This document shows positions 1 through 13,600 of a DNA stretch of 64,000 bases, in pieces; positions within the stretch are counted from its first letter, which is position 1, and each line of letters opens with the position of its first letter. Origin of the DNA: Vicugna vicugna (Eukaryota); the NCBI GenBank assembly GCA_013265495.1, contig MU058059.1, positions 682,001 to 746,000 of the forward strand. The letters run 5' to 3'. A program made the translations under genes and the position numbers. The notes under the pieces were generated by a model, which saw nothing but the letters and a program-made list of their open reading frames with translations, made no database searches and had not been told where the DNA came from.

Positions 1-538
1 GAAAGCAACATAAGGGACCTATGGGATAATATGAAGTATGCCAATCTTTGCATAATAGGGGTCCCAGAAGGGGAAGAAAGATCAAAGGGGACTGAAAAGG
101 TTTTTGAAGAAATCATGACTGAAAACTTCCCAAACTTAAAGAAGGAATCAGATATCCAAGTACAGGAAGTTCAAAGAGTCCCAAACAGGAAGAACCCAAA
201 GAGACCCACACCAAGACATATCATAATCAAGATGGCCAGAGTCAAGGATAAAGAAATTATCCTAAAGGCAGCAAGAGAAAAACAAAGAGTGAGTTGCAAG
301 GGAACTCCCATAAGACTCTCAGCTGATTTCCCTACACAAACACTACAGGTCAGAAGGGAGTGGGGCAAGATATATTCAAAGTCCTAATGAAAAAATGATG
401 CAGCCTAAGATACTTTATCCAGCAAGGCTATCCTTTAGGATAGAAGGAGAAATAAAGAATTTCACAGACAAGCAAAAACTAAAAGAGTTTAGCAACACTA
501 AACCCATGCTAAAAGAAATATTGAAAGGTCTACTCTAA
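1..538 (+). pseudogene. LINE-1 ORF1 C-terminal part, frameshifted; continues off the window edge
   Basis: ORF 31-387 reads NLCIIGVPEGEE...ENFPNL...RPTPRHIIIKM...GTPIRLSADF, typical of L1 ORF1p. The frame breaks near 370-390 and the normal end GGTCTACTCTAA is at 527-538. Confidence 0.95.
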
Positions 539-914
539 ATAGAAAAGCAGCAAGATGCTATAGAAATGAGAAACTCATAACTGTAAAGGTGGTAACTCAT
601 GAATTACAAATAAAATAAACACAAAATTGTAAAAGAAGACATCTAAATCATTAAGAGTGGGAGAGGGAAGCAAGAAAACATAGAGTATTTTTTTCTTCCT
701 TTTTTAAATTTTTTGTTTTCAGTAGGATGGGTTCGAGATATAGTAATAGGCTAACAGACTTACAGAAAACGGTAACCACAAGCCAAAAACTTACAAGGGA
801 GTCACAAAAACGAAATAAAATCCATGATAAAACAAAGGAAAATCACCAAACCACAAAACGAAGAAGAAAGGAACAAAGAGGAAATACCAAATCAACTGCA
901 AAGATAAGTTCAAA

Positions 915-2852
915 ATGGCAATAAACACACATTTATCATTAATTACTGTCAATGTTAATGGACTAAATGCTCCAGTCAAAAGACATAGAGTGGCAGACTG
1001 GATAACAAAGCAAGAGCCTTCAATATGCTGCACACAAGAGACCCGCTTTAGGGAGAAGGACACATATAGATTGAGTGTGAAAGGACGGAAAAGGATATTC
1101 CATGCAAATGGAAAAGCCAAAAAGGCAGGTGTTGCAGTACTGATTTCAGACAAGATAGACTTTAAAGCAAAGGCCACAAAGAAAGATAAACAAGGACGCT
1201 TTATAATGATTAAAGGAGTGATACAAGATGAGGATATTACACTCGTTAATATATATGCACCTAAGTACATAAAACAATTACTAACACAGATAAAGGGGGA
1301 TATTGATGGAAATACAATCATAGTTGGAGATTTTAACACTGCATTAACATCACTAGACAGATCTTCCACACAGAAAATAAATAAGGCAACAGAGAAACTA
1401 AACAATACAATAGAAAGTTTAGATTTGGTGGATATTTTCAGAGCATTACATCCCCCAAAAATAGGATATACATTCTTTTCAAGTGCACATGGAATATTTT
1501 CTAGGATTGATCATGTACTTGGGCACAAAAGAAACCTCAACAATTTTAAGGAGATAGAAATTATCTCAAGCATCTTTACTGACCACAATGCCATGGAACT
1601 AGAAATCAACAACAGAGAAACAAAGGAGATAAAAAGGAAAGCATGGAGATTAAACAATATGCTATTAAAAAACCAATGGATCAATGAGGAAATCAAAGCT
1701 GAAATTAAAAAATACCTTGAGACAAATGAAAATGAAAGTACAACCACACAAAATTCATGGGACACAGCAGCGGCAGTGCTAAGAGGGAAGTTTATAGCGA
1801 TATAGGCCTTCCTCAAAAAAGAAGAACAATCTCAAATAAACAATTTAACCCACCAGCTGAGAGAACTAGAAAAAGAAGAACAAAAAACCCCAAAAGGCAG
1901 CAGAAGGAATTATAAACATCAGGGAGGAAATAAATAAAATAGAGACATTAAAAAACCATAGAAAAAAATCAATCAAACCAAAAGCTGGTTTTTTGAAAAA
2001 GTAAATAAAATTGACAAACCTCTGGCCAAACTCACAAAGAAGAAAAAAGAGAGAGCACAAATTAGCAAAAAAAAAAAGAAAGGAAAATGGAGAAATTACA
2101 ACAAATAAAATAGAAATACAGAATATCATACGAGAATACCATGAAAAACTATATGGAACCAAACTGGATAACCTAGAGGAGATGGACAAGTTTCTGGAAA
2201 TATACAGTCCACCAAGACTGAATCAAGAAGAAACTGACCACTTGAATAAACCAATCACTAGAAATGAAATTGAAATAGCAATAAAAAACCTCCCTACAAA
2301 TAAAAGTCCAGGACTGGACGGCTTCACCGGGAAATTCTACCAAACATACAAAGAAGAACTCATACCAGTCCTTCTCAAACTCTTCCAGAAGATTGAAAAT
2401 GAGGGAATACTCCTAAACTCATTCTGTGAAGCCACCATCACCCTGATACCAAAACCAGGCAAAGATACTACCAAAAAAGAGAATTATAGGCCAATATCAC
2501 TGATGAACATAGACACCAAAATCCTCACCAAAATATTAGCAAACAGAATCCAACAACACATAAAAAAGATTATATACATCATGACCAGGTGGGGTTCATC
2601 CCAGGGACACAAGGGTGGTTCAACATATGCAAATCAATCAATGTAATACATCACATCAACAAGAGAAAGGACAAAAACCACATGATCATCTCAATAGATG
2701 CAGAAAAAGCATTTGATAAAATTCAACAACCATTTATGAGAAAAACTCTCACCAACATGGGTATAGAGGGAACATATCTCAACATAATAAAAGCTGTATA
2801 TGACAAACCTACAGCCAGCATACTACTCAATGGTGAAAAAAGCTTCCCACTA
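915..2852 (+). mobile_element. LINE-1 ORF2, endonuclease and start of reverse transcriptase (disrupted)
   Basis: NVNGLN, ICCTQET, IIVGDFNT, SRIDHVLG, TDHN endonuclease motifs; [40 protein letters not shown] motifs. Stop at 1803-1805, frameshifts, and an in-frame loss at NIYAP^KYIK. Confidence 0.97.
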
Positions 2853-4354
2853 GGATTGGGTTGTTTGTTTCTTTCTTATTAAGTCGTATGAGCTGCTTAT
2901 ATATTCTGGAGCTCAGGCCTTTGTCGGTTTCATTTGCAAAAATTTTCTCCCATTCTATAGGTTGTCTTTTTGTTTTACTTATGGTTTCCTTTGCTGTGCA
3001 GAAACTTGTAAGTTTCATTAGGTCCCATTTGTTTATTCTTGCTTTTATTTCTATTGCTTGAGTAGACTGTTCAAGGAGAACATTTTTGAGATGTATGTCA
3101 GATAATGTTTTGCCTATATTTTCTTCTAGGAGGTTTACTTTATCTTGTCTTATGTTTAAGTCTTTGATTCATTTTGAGTTGATGTTTGTATATGGTGTAA
3201 GGGAGTGTTCTAGCTTCATTGCTTTACATGCTGCTGTCCAGTTTTCCCAACACCATTTGCTAAAGAGACTGTCTTTATTCCATCGTATACTCTTGCCTCC
3301 TTTGTCGAAGATCAGTTGACCAAAAGTTTGTGGGTTCACTTCTGGGCTCTCTGTTCTGTTCCATTGGTCTATATGTCTGTTTTTGTACCAATACCATGCT
3401 GTCTTGATGAATGTAGCTCTATAGTATTGTCTGAAGTCTGGGAGAGTTATTCCTCCAGCCTCTTTCTTTCTCTTCAGTAATGCTTTGGCATTCTGCATTC
3501 TAGGTCTTTGATGGTTCCATATAAATTTTATTGTGATTTGTTCTAGTTCTGTGAAATATGTCCTGGATAATTTGATAGGGATTGCATTAAATCTGTAGAT
3601 TGCCTTGGGCAGTGTGACCATTTTAACAATATTGATTCTTCCAATCCAAGAGCATGTGATATCTTTCCATTTTTTAAAGTCTTCTTTAATTTCCTTCATC
3701 AATGGTTTATAGTTTTCTATGTATAATTTTTTCTCCTCCTTGGTTAGATTTATTCCTAGGTATTTTATTACTTTGGGTGCTATTTTAAAGGGGATTGTTT
3801 CTTTACTTTCTTTTTCTGTTGATTTATTGTTAGTGTAACGAAATGCAACTGACTTTTGGACATTAATCTTGTAACTTGCTACCTTGCTGAATTCTTTGAT
3901 CAGCTCTAGTAGTTTCTGTGTGGACCTTTTAGGGTTTTCTATATATAGTAACATGTCATCAGCATATAGTGACACTTTTACCTCTTCTTTTCCAATTTGG
4001 ATCCCTTTTATTTCTCCTGATTGCCGTGGCTAGGATTTCCAAGACTACGTTGAATAGGAGTAGTGATAGTGGGTATCCTTGTCTCGTCCTAGATTTCAGT
4101 GCGAAGCTTTTGAGTTTTTCACCATTGAGTAGTATGCTGGCTGTAGGTTTGTCATATACAGCTTTTATTATGTTGAGATATGTTCCCTCTATACCCATGT
4201 TGGTGAGAGTTTTTCTCATAAATGGGTGTTGAATTTTATCAAATGCTTTTTCTGCATCTATTGAGATGATCATGTGGTTTTTGTCCTTTCTCTTGTTGAT
4301 GTGATGTATTACATTGATTGATTTGCGTATGTTGAACCAGCCTTGTGTCCCTGG
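2853..4354 (-). mobile_element. Inverted LINE-1 ORF2 segment (RT core to C-terminal region)
   Basis: Minus-strand ORFs 3959-4273 and 3169-3975 contain [52 protein letters not shown]. Confidence 0.96.
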
Positions 4355-4496
4355 NNNNNNNNNNNNNNNNNNNNNNNNNNNNNNNNNNNNNNNNNNNNNN
4401 NNNNNNNNNNNNNNNNNNNNNNNNNNNNNNNNNNNNNNNNNNNNNNNNNNNNNNNNNNNNNNNNNNNNNNNNNNNNNNNNNNNNNNNNNNNNNNNN
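4355..4496. other. Assembly gap (142 N)
   Basis: Run of n. Confidence 1.
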
Positions 4497-5309
4497 GAGG
4501 TATCACCTCACACCAGTCAGAATGGCCGTCATTCAAAAATCCACAAATGACAAATGCTGGAGAGGCTGTGGAGAAAGGGGAACCCTCCTACACTGCTGGT
4601 GGGAATGCAGTTTGGTGCAGCCACTGTGGAAAACAGTGTGGAGATTCCTCAAAAGACTAGGAATAGACTTACCATAGGACCCAGGAATCCCACTCCTGGG
4701 CATATATCCAGAAGGAACCCTACTTCAAAATGACTGCACCCCAATGTTCACAGCAGCACTATTTACAATAGCCAAGACATGGAAACAGACTAAATGTCCA
4801 TCAACAGATGACTGGATAAAGAAGAAGTGGTATATTTATACAATGGAATACTACTCAGCCATAAAAACCAACAACTAATGCCTTTGCAGCAACATGGATG
4901 CTCCTGGAGAATGTCATTCTAAGTGAAGTAAGCCAGAAAGAGAAAGAAAAATACCATATGAGATCACTCATATGTGAAATCTGAAAAAAAAAAACCACAA
5001 AAAAAGCATAAATACAAAACAGAAATAGACTCACAGACACAGAATACAAACTTGTGGTTGCCAAGGGGGTGGAGGGTGGGAAGGGACAGACTGAGATTTC
5101 AAAGTTGTAGAATAGATAAACAAGATTATACTGTACAGCGCAGGGAAATATATACAAGATCTTATGGTAGCTCATGGAGAAAAAATGTGACAATGAATAT
5201 ATGTATGTTCATGTATAACTGAAAAATTGTGCTCTACACTGGAATTTGACACAACATTGTAAAATGATTATAAATCAATAAAAAATGTTAAAAAAGAAAA
5301 GAAAAAATA
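4497..5309 (+). mobile_element. LINE-1 ORF2 C-terminus, 3' UTR and A-rich tail
   Basis: [10 protein letters not shown]...[18 protein letters not shown] cysteine-rich domain, then 3' UTR, AATAAA at about 5277 and an A tail. Confidence 0.96.
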
Positions 5310-6678
5310 AATGCTAGTTTTACAGAGTATACATATAAATGAGATTCATATTTCATGGTGTTTGTTGAATGAATATTCTAAATAATCATCCCCAAACCCC
5401 ACAAAAATGAGCCATTTTGCAAAGTTATCATAAGAATTTACAACTGCACATGGATTGACAGCGAGATACATTGTGTATTTTTTCCCAAAAGTCTGCTGAA
5501 TATTGTCGAAGGAAATGATTAAATAATTAAACTTTTACATTTGTAAATGCTAGGGTAGTAATTTCAAAACTGTTAGAAATTAGAAACCACTCTTGATTAA
5601 TGAAAATTCCAGAGATACCAACTTTCATATGTGACCTCAACAATGTTTACATCATTTTGTAAGGTTCATTTACTTTAAAATATCAGTAGACTCTGACTTC
5701 AATGAATTGTATATCTTAGTCATGTTTATGGTTTATATGGTAGTTAGGAGCAATATAGTAATTCTCTTACTACTAGTTTCAAATTAAAAGTTTTGGCTGT
5801 TTGAATAATTCAAATGAGAACAGTTATTGCCAACTTCCACGTCAGTGACAAAATTCCAATATAACGTCTGTGGGTGTTTTTGAGTTTCTAAGGCTAGCTG
5901 GTGATCACATCTCTCTGAGATCTCTTCCTCTCCGCCACAGCTGTCTTTTTTTTAATCAGCTATTTTCCTTAATTACTTATTTTTAACAGCTTTATTGAAA
6001 TATCTTTGACAAAGCCCTCATATCTTGGCTGAATGAGTCAAATAAATTCTGCCCAAATTACCTGTCCCCAGATCTTCCCTTGCCAATCCATCTTCGACCC
6101 TCTAGCAGAGTTCTCTCGTTTCCTTAATCTCAAGATGAAACTGCATCATTTGTTTCCTGATCAACTTTCCTCAGTTCCTTTCATCCATGGGATGAATTCC
6201 TAAGTTAGTGCAGTATACTGGACTTCTCATAACCTTTCTCCTACTTACATTGTAAAAATTCTTTCATTGCACCCAAGACACTTAAATCCATGGCTATGAA
6301 TGTGCTCCTATATGGCAGGCTTTTTCATGCTTCTGTGCCTTTGCATTTGCCATTCCCTCTGTTCCCCCACCAAACCCTTCCTCATCTTGTCAGCTGACAA
6401 AGCCAAGCTTTCCTTGACACACATCTCCTAAACATTTTGTCAGTTTGTGCCCAGAGTGCTTTTATCTATTCACTGTGACTGCACTTACCAAGTTACACTG
6501 TAATTAAAGAGTACGCCCCTCTTTCTCATGAGACAGTGCCTTCTAGATGAACAGGAACCATGTTATTCCTCTCTGGGACCTCCCCACACCACCAGCAATG
6601 ACCACAGTAGTACCAGCATATAATAGGCACCCAAAGCCTACTGTCCATAAATTAATAAAATATAACTTTCTCTGTTAT

Positions 6679-7078
6679 CATATTGAGTGAACTAAGTTAT
6701 ATAGAGAAAGACAAATACCATATAATATCACTTATATGCAGAATCTAAAAAAAATGACACAAATTCTATTTACAAACCAAAAACAGACTCCACGGACATA
6801 GAAAACAAACTATGGCTACCAAAGGGGAATGGGTGGGGAGGGATCATTTAGGGGTTGGGGATTAACAGATACACACTACTATATATAAAATAGATAAACA
6901 ACAAGGACCTATTGTATAGCACAGGGAACTGCATTCAATTTCTTATAATAACATAAGATGGAAAAGAATCTGAAAAGAATATAGATGTGTGTGTGTGTGT
7001 GTGTGTGTGTATAACTGAATCACTTTGCTGTACATGTGAAACTAACATTGTAAATCAACTATACTCCAATAAAAAATT
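6679..7078 (+). mobile_element. 5'-truncated artiodactyl-type L1 3' end with (TG)n
   Basis: gaaagacaaataccatataatatcactta...tatagcacagggaact...gtaaatcaactatactccaataaaaa. Confidence 0.9.
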
Positions 7079-9019
7079 TAATATATATATATATAAAACT
7101 TTCTCTGAACTAAGTCAAAGACTGCCTCAGGCAAAGGATTTTTTAAAAAAAGAATATAATATCAATTTTAGATTTTAGCATATGTCATAAAACTTCAAAG
7201 CTGAATGCAATTTAAGACCCAAAGTGGTCTTTCAGTTCATCTCACCAGATCAACCTTTCACTGCATCAGAGATGGTTCAGCCTCTCCTCTGTGGTCAGCC
7301 TGATGTAGGTCACACCCACTCCACTAACCACCCTGGGATCCACTATTTTTCTCTGATGAGATGGTTCCCCCTTCATCTTCAGCATCATATGCTACCCATT
7401 CTTAGAGGGCTCCTCAAGATCCATTATTTGAAAGACATGCCTCTCTCTCTTAACTCATTATTTACAATGGTGGCCCAACATGCAATGCAATTTATCATTT
7501 TCTAATAATTGTATGTAACTTACTTTTTTCCTAAGCAAGCTCAGATGATCCTTCAGGAATGGCTTATATTCTGTGCTTGTTTAGGAAACCCTGTTCCCCT
7601 AATTCACATCACACCTCAGATCTGCCAGACATAGAGATATTGATAGGGTGGGTACTAAGTCAATGCGTACTTTTTTTAAAAAGAAAACACAGCACTTAAA
7701 GAAATGCTGGACCATGACTTTTTTTGTTTTACATTGAACCACTGTCATAGCTCAGTTTGAAAAGATCTACAAAGTTAAAAGAAAACAGAGGAAAATACTT
7801 AGTTTTCATAAATATCTGAATTCTGATTCTATGCTTCCTGAACCAGCTCATTTTCTAGTTGATGAAGCCTGCTTATAGGAAGTAAATACAATTTACAGAA
7901 TGGAATTTTCTCTTGCATTACTTGATAAGCTATGATTGCAACAGAAAAGTCTCACAGAGACCTAAAACGTAATTTTAAATAAATATAAAGGCTTCTACAA
8001 GGACTGAGAATTCTTGGATACTTTTCTATAAACCCTAAAACAGTCTTCCCTGATAGCACACACAATACATTTTTTGTGAAATCACTGTTTATCTCTATTC
8101 CAGATATAGTCGGATACCATCTCTAAAAAGCAAACTCAGAAAACTACATTCACATTAATGTTGTCTTGTGTGATTATTTTGTGGTTTTATTTTAATGAAA
8201 GCATTCCTTAAATAGTTGGGGGGGAAACATAAACAATACACCAACTGGCTTTTATAAGTTATAAATATTTTCTTATGTAATCACCATGGGTTCTTAACTT
8301 CATGTGTACAATGGACTTGAGGTCTGAGATGAAAAAAAGAAAAATCTAGGTAACTGTCTCAGCTCTGCCTCACGTTTAGCTGTATGACCTTGAGCAGATC
8401 ATGTGACATCTCTGGCTCTTCCTTTTCTTCTTACAACAAGAGATAAATGGACCTCCACCACATTATTTACAGAATTATTATAATACAGTGTTAGAACATG
8501 GAAGACAACATGTAAACATTCTTATAAAATGTGAAACTAATGAATGCAAATGAATGTAAATTATTATTACCTAGGCATCTCAACATCCTAACTTAATTTG
8601 TGTACCATTTAGGTGACTTTTGATGAATGTCTTTTGAAGATGAGTGTTTCTAATTTGATGAATGTGCTGAGGGTTGGTTTACATTTTAAAAGGCCTGTGA
8701 GGAGGTCAAAAGTGATGAGTCAATTAGAGATAACTTGGTCTCCTCCTACCAGACCTGTTCAGTGCCTACAAACATCAAGTCTAAACACCGCTTCCTGAGG
8801 GAGCACTTCCTCATTAATCATCGTCAGTGAGTATGCTTGGGGCCTACCTACGGCAGTGGTGTCACAGCTGGCATCCTTAGGTTGGCTCATTCATCTACAA
8901 CACATTTGGCAGAGGCAGGCGGATATTTCTGATGTCTTTATTTGGAAAAAAAATCAAGTCTGTGAACTTGGGCTGATAAATTTGTGTTTTTGTGATCACC
9001 AAATGCTTGGTTTTCACAG

Positions 9020-9200
9020 GCAGTTCTCAAGGTTCCCTGGAGCAGAGGTGTCTCTGTTGACCATACACTGAATGGGACATGACCAACTGGCGAAGAGAGT
9101 TAACTGTATGCAAAATTTTGCATGCGCCGTGTGTCTAGATTCATTTCTAGGCAAAGGGTTCACAGCTGTCATCAGGCTCTCTAGGGAGTACATACCTTCT
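9020..9200. mobile_element. hAT-Charlie MITE remnant (MER103-like)
   Basis: actgtatgcaaaattttg...agggttcacagctgtcatcaggctctc resembles the MER103 core as I recall it. Confidence 0.45.
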
Positions 9201-11386
9201 GTGATGATCATACTTCCGTGACAATACATCCTTACCCTAGGGAAGGATGTTTTGGGGGACCCCACTGTGTGTGATGTGGGAGGATGCTCCCCATAATAGA
9301 TGTTCTGAATGTCAGCATGAGAAGCTCTTTTCACAGTCTTATTTCTCTTTTCTCAGAGGAGATCACACTTTTATTACTTTTGAATTCTTCATTTATCATT
9401 TTCTGTATTCCTTCAAGTGTTTTGACATTTTTAAAAGTCTAAATGGTGTTATGTTTAGCAATCTGTAAAATAGTTAGCTAAGTGATTCATGTCTAACACG
9501 TAACCACTTCCACAGATGTATTCTTGTTTATTAAAAAGTAATTTAGAATTATGCTTCCTTTGAGATCACCAATTTTCTAGTCAAGATCCTCATCTACTCT
9601 TCAAGATGTTTTTCTAAAAATCTCAATACTACATTTTATAGTATAGCAAAAAAATATTTTATAATTTTTACTGAGCATATTACAATCCTATATAGTTATT
9701 AGTATCACAGCTTAAAAGAGGAAATTCCACCCTATTTTATTTTGTAACCTCTATTTTGAGTCACAGCAAATAAATCTATTAACTCTTTAAAACAGATGGT
9801 AATTGCTCCAGAAATAGTGTAATGGTGGAATATTTTTTCAAGTTATTTATTCAGATTGAGTCACTTGTCTTCTGATTTTCTATTGGGATAAAAATAATGA
9901 TTACTGGGTAACTGTCTTGGGACTCTAAGACCAAAACTGCTTTTTTAAACACCATGTTAATGGTAATTTGTATATTACAGTCTGTGCCTATTTCAGTGTG
10001 GTTACTTTCTTATCAGTTATTGGTAATAGTTGTTATTTATGTATGTGAAAATCTGAAGATATTTGGTCTTTGTGATGTTTGAGAATATGTTAACTATGAG
10101 AGGCCAGAAGATAAGAGGTGGGACATTTGATCTGGTCTACATTGTATAACTTTAGAATTTATTTCAATTTGTAATCACACAAATGGTGGTTTGCAACAAT
10201 CTGAAAAATTCTGAATTCAGTAGGTTCTTTTTGAAGACAAAGGTTGAGTTCAGGACCTGTAACTGTCATGTGCTACATAGAACCCTGACATTATTACCCA
10301 CACAATTCCATTCTAGCTTTTGTAGATCATAAAGATTAGACAACAGCATTACCTAGAGAAGTTAGTATTATAAATGACAAAGTGATGAAAATATTTTGGG
10401 GACAAGTTAAAGCTAAGGAAGAGGATTGTTAATTTAGAATTCAGGTAAGCTATGTGGGATACTTGGGTTAAAGGGCAAAGATTTTAAATCAATGCATATT
10501 TTCAGTACTTTCTTTGATCATGTGGATAAAGAACTCTTCTAGATTTATTTTATTTATTTATTAGGACAGAACAATTTGGTGGCAACTTACATTTGGTTTC
10601 ATCTTTAAAACTGCATAATAGTAAAGCTGGAGTCCTTCACATTTCCATCATTTAATATGGATGAATAGTATTAATGTGAACATTTGTTTAACCATTTATA
10701 TTAGACATAAGAAAGGATACGCACAGAACTAAACCAACATCTTTGGGGCTATGATACTGAGAAATATCTTAGATAATTCTGGATCTTTTTCCAAATCACA
10801 AAGTCGATCATATATTTGCACAACATCAAAAAAAAAAAAACAACCCTGTGTGTGTGCGTGTGCGTGTGCATGCGCGTGTTTTTACTTGAGTCCTTTAAGG
10901 GAAAATGTATTTTAATTAGAGGTATTTGCCAATCCAGGCTACATTCTGATAAGATCACTAATATCTATCGAGGAATGTTTGTTGCTCTGGTGGTAGGAGA
11001 GCCAGGATAAAACTGTGAAAAAGATTTCAGTGGACTGATGGTGTTTCATTTCTTATCCAGATTCAAAGGCAGACTCAACTAGCTCCTCAAAACTTACTGC
11101 ACTCTAACTGGCATTTGTCATCTCTCCACACTGCAATGATTCACATTTGGATGCTTGAAAAAAATGAAGAGACTTTAACACTAAGAAGAAATCATTAAGA
11201 GACAACTGATTTAGGATAGGAAAGATTGATGTCATTTTAAAGTATAAGTTCAAAGCATAAACTGGATATTCACCTAGAGAAAGATGTCCACTGGGAATTG
11301 TGAATGGGAGACAGAAGCTTAGGACCTGAATACATTCACAAATCAGTCTTGAGTTTATAGGCATGAACAAGATCATCTAGAGGGAA

Positions 11387-11550
11387 GGATTATTAACCCA
11401 GGGTCAGTGAATCCCCTAAGGGTATCCATGAACTCCTGAATTTTTTATCTAAAATGTTATAAGAATCTGTGTCTTTAAAAAAAAAGCCCATAACTTTAAA
11501 TGGATTGTCAAAAGAGGCTATGATCCAAAAAAAATTTTTTTAAGTTGGAC
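11387..11550. mobile_element. hAT-Charlie MITE (MER103-like)
   Basis: ttattaacccagggtc...tccatgaactcctgaa...tcaaaagaggctatgatccaaaa. Confidence 0.55.
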
Positions 11551-11619
11551 CAAGGACCAAGGAGCATATAAAGAAAGGACCTGAATAACATGGATAGTGA
11601 AGACACATTTTAAAAGGTG

Positions 11620-11810
11620 TTACACCAGTATTTCTTATAGGCCAATGACGTGTCAGGCAATGTCCTAGGGAATTTCATATAGAATGTCTCACTTAATCTT
11701 CTCAACAGTCCTGTGAGGCTGAGATCACTAACAGGGATTTGCACATGAGATAAATGAAGCTCAGAGATTAAAAAGATTTTTTTCAAAATCCAACCATAAC
11801 TAAGCAACAG
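11620..11810. mobile_element. MIR SINE remnant
   Basis: tctcacttaatcttctcaacagtcctgtgagg...atgaagctcagagattaa, MIR core. Confidence 0.7.
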
Positions 11811-11919
11811 GGCAACTCCTATTTGGAGGACATTATTCCAAGTTTGGTGCTCAGTATCATAGCTACAGGAGAGCGAGAGAGAAAAATGGTAGGGAAAAAA
11901 ACCAAAAAGGTAAGAATAC

Positions 11920-12078
11920 CAGGATGCACACTATCAAGTGGGAAACAATCACAAAGACAATTGTGTGCAGCCTGAAGTCCACCTGACAGGATGGACGTCC
12001 ATGGAATATTACTGTAATAAAATTTAGCTGTAAGTATCTTCAACGAGAAAGTCAGGAAAACCTCAAGCATATTTAAAT
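11920..12078 (-). pseudogene. Candidate exon of the Tudor pseudogene (open frame)
   Basis: Acceptor ttttttaacttgtcagtag, donor CCTG|gtattc; reads DLNMLEVFLTFSLKILTAKFYYSNIP...CDCFPLDSVHP(G), like the N-terminal half of an eTudor. Confidence 0.55.
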
Positions 12079-12559
12079 CTACTGACAAGTTAAAAAATAA
12101 TTTCCTTGACTATTAAAAATCATCATTTAGATATTATCCAAAAACTTTTAATAATAGTTTCATTTATTCTTTCAGCCTACTTGATGGCAGGTATTGCATT
12201 ATATTATATATCAGTTTATTTCAATAAGTTTTTCATCATGCTTGTGTCATTTTTGAGGGTTGAACACTTTTAAGAAAATTATTACGCAACACATGCAATG
12301 AACAATACTGAAATGTATAAAATGTATTATCATATCTTCAACTCATTGAATTTATATGATCTAGAAAATGAGCCTGGAAATAACCTCATAGTTCAAGAGT
12401 AACAGTAACATTTCATAAAAGCATCTTTAGTGTGTTAAATGCAGGTTAACTAATAGTAAAAAAAGAAATTTTTATGAATGAAAATGTAATTTCTATAGTA
12501 TGAGACACAAAAACTGTATATTATTGTCTTAATAAATTTTAAAAATAAAAGTATTCTTT

Positions 12560-13600
12560 CAGAAAGATCAGGCTGCCATCACTTAAATCTCGACTGTAAT
12601 CAGTACAGTATCAGTAAAATCAAGAAAGCCAGCATCATGTGATTCACAACATAATGCACTAGAAAGTACAGAACACCACTGATGAGATATTTTGGCCTAA
12701 AAAAATTAATCCTGAATCTTACAGACCCATTAGTCTATCAATTTATAAGAAGTATAGAGGATAGAGGAACAAGTTAAATGATACTACAAGGAAGCAATTA
12801 GTCAAACTTGAACCATGGAACACATAGCCAAGTTCTCCCCGATAAACCAGTGACATTTTTTAAAAAGAAGAAAAAGGAAAAGAAGGGATAATTGTGATAG
12901 TACAAAAGAGATTTAAGAAACAGAAAACCCAACCCAACATAGAGAATTTTTTGGATTCTGATCTGAACATGCAGCATTTCTTGAATCTGAGGATTTGTTT
13001 TTTTGTTAATTCTGAAAAGTTCACAGCCATTGTCACCTTACATATTGGCTCTTCCACAATTTTTCTAGTCTTTCCTTCTGGAACTCTTAGTAGATATCTG
13101 TTGGAATTCATCACTCTCCTCACATCTATTAACAACTTCTATATCTTCTCTGTCTTGATCTGTGTGCTGCGTGGAGGGCAATCTCCTTGGTTTTCTCTTC
13201 GTTCACTAATACTCTCTTCAGATGTTTCTGATCTGCTACTTAACCCGTCCACGTAAGTGTTTACTGAGTGACTGTATTCTGTTATTTATAGTTCTTTTGG
13301 GGCATTTTCTAATCTGCCATTTTTAGTGTCTGTTCGCTTGCTTTAAGGTTTTGATTCTCTTTCATGTTTGTAATTGTTTAGCTAATACTTATTTCCCAGA
13401 CTATACCTAAACTTTTGGGGGTTAGGCACAATTGCCATTACACTGTTGACTCTGACTCATGCCACTTTGTGCCTTTGATAACTTAGGATAATAAAGTCAT
13501 CCTCAGCGGCTCGTATTTGATGGAAATTCTATATAGCTGTAGTTAAGACCGTAACATTCCAGAGAGGCTTTCCATTTGTTTCTTCTCAGAGGCCCTGCAT
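12560..13600. mobile_element. Old L1 fragments (3' end on +, ORF1-region piece on -)
   Basis: L1ME-like 3' UTR wording at 12570-12960; minus strand reads RVPEGKTRKIVEEPICKVTMAVNFSEL (ORF1-like). Confidence 0.6.

Noticed and set aside
1..5309. Active LINE-1, or host genes from its ORFs and antisense ORFs
   Set aside because: Stops, frameshifts and an internal inversion; the opposite-strand ORFs are shadows of L1.
9014..9334. 106-aa minus-strand ORF as an exon
   Set aside because: Largely overlaps a MER103-like DNA transposon remnant.
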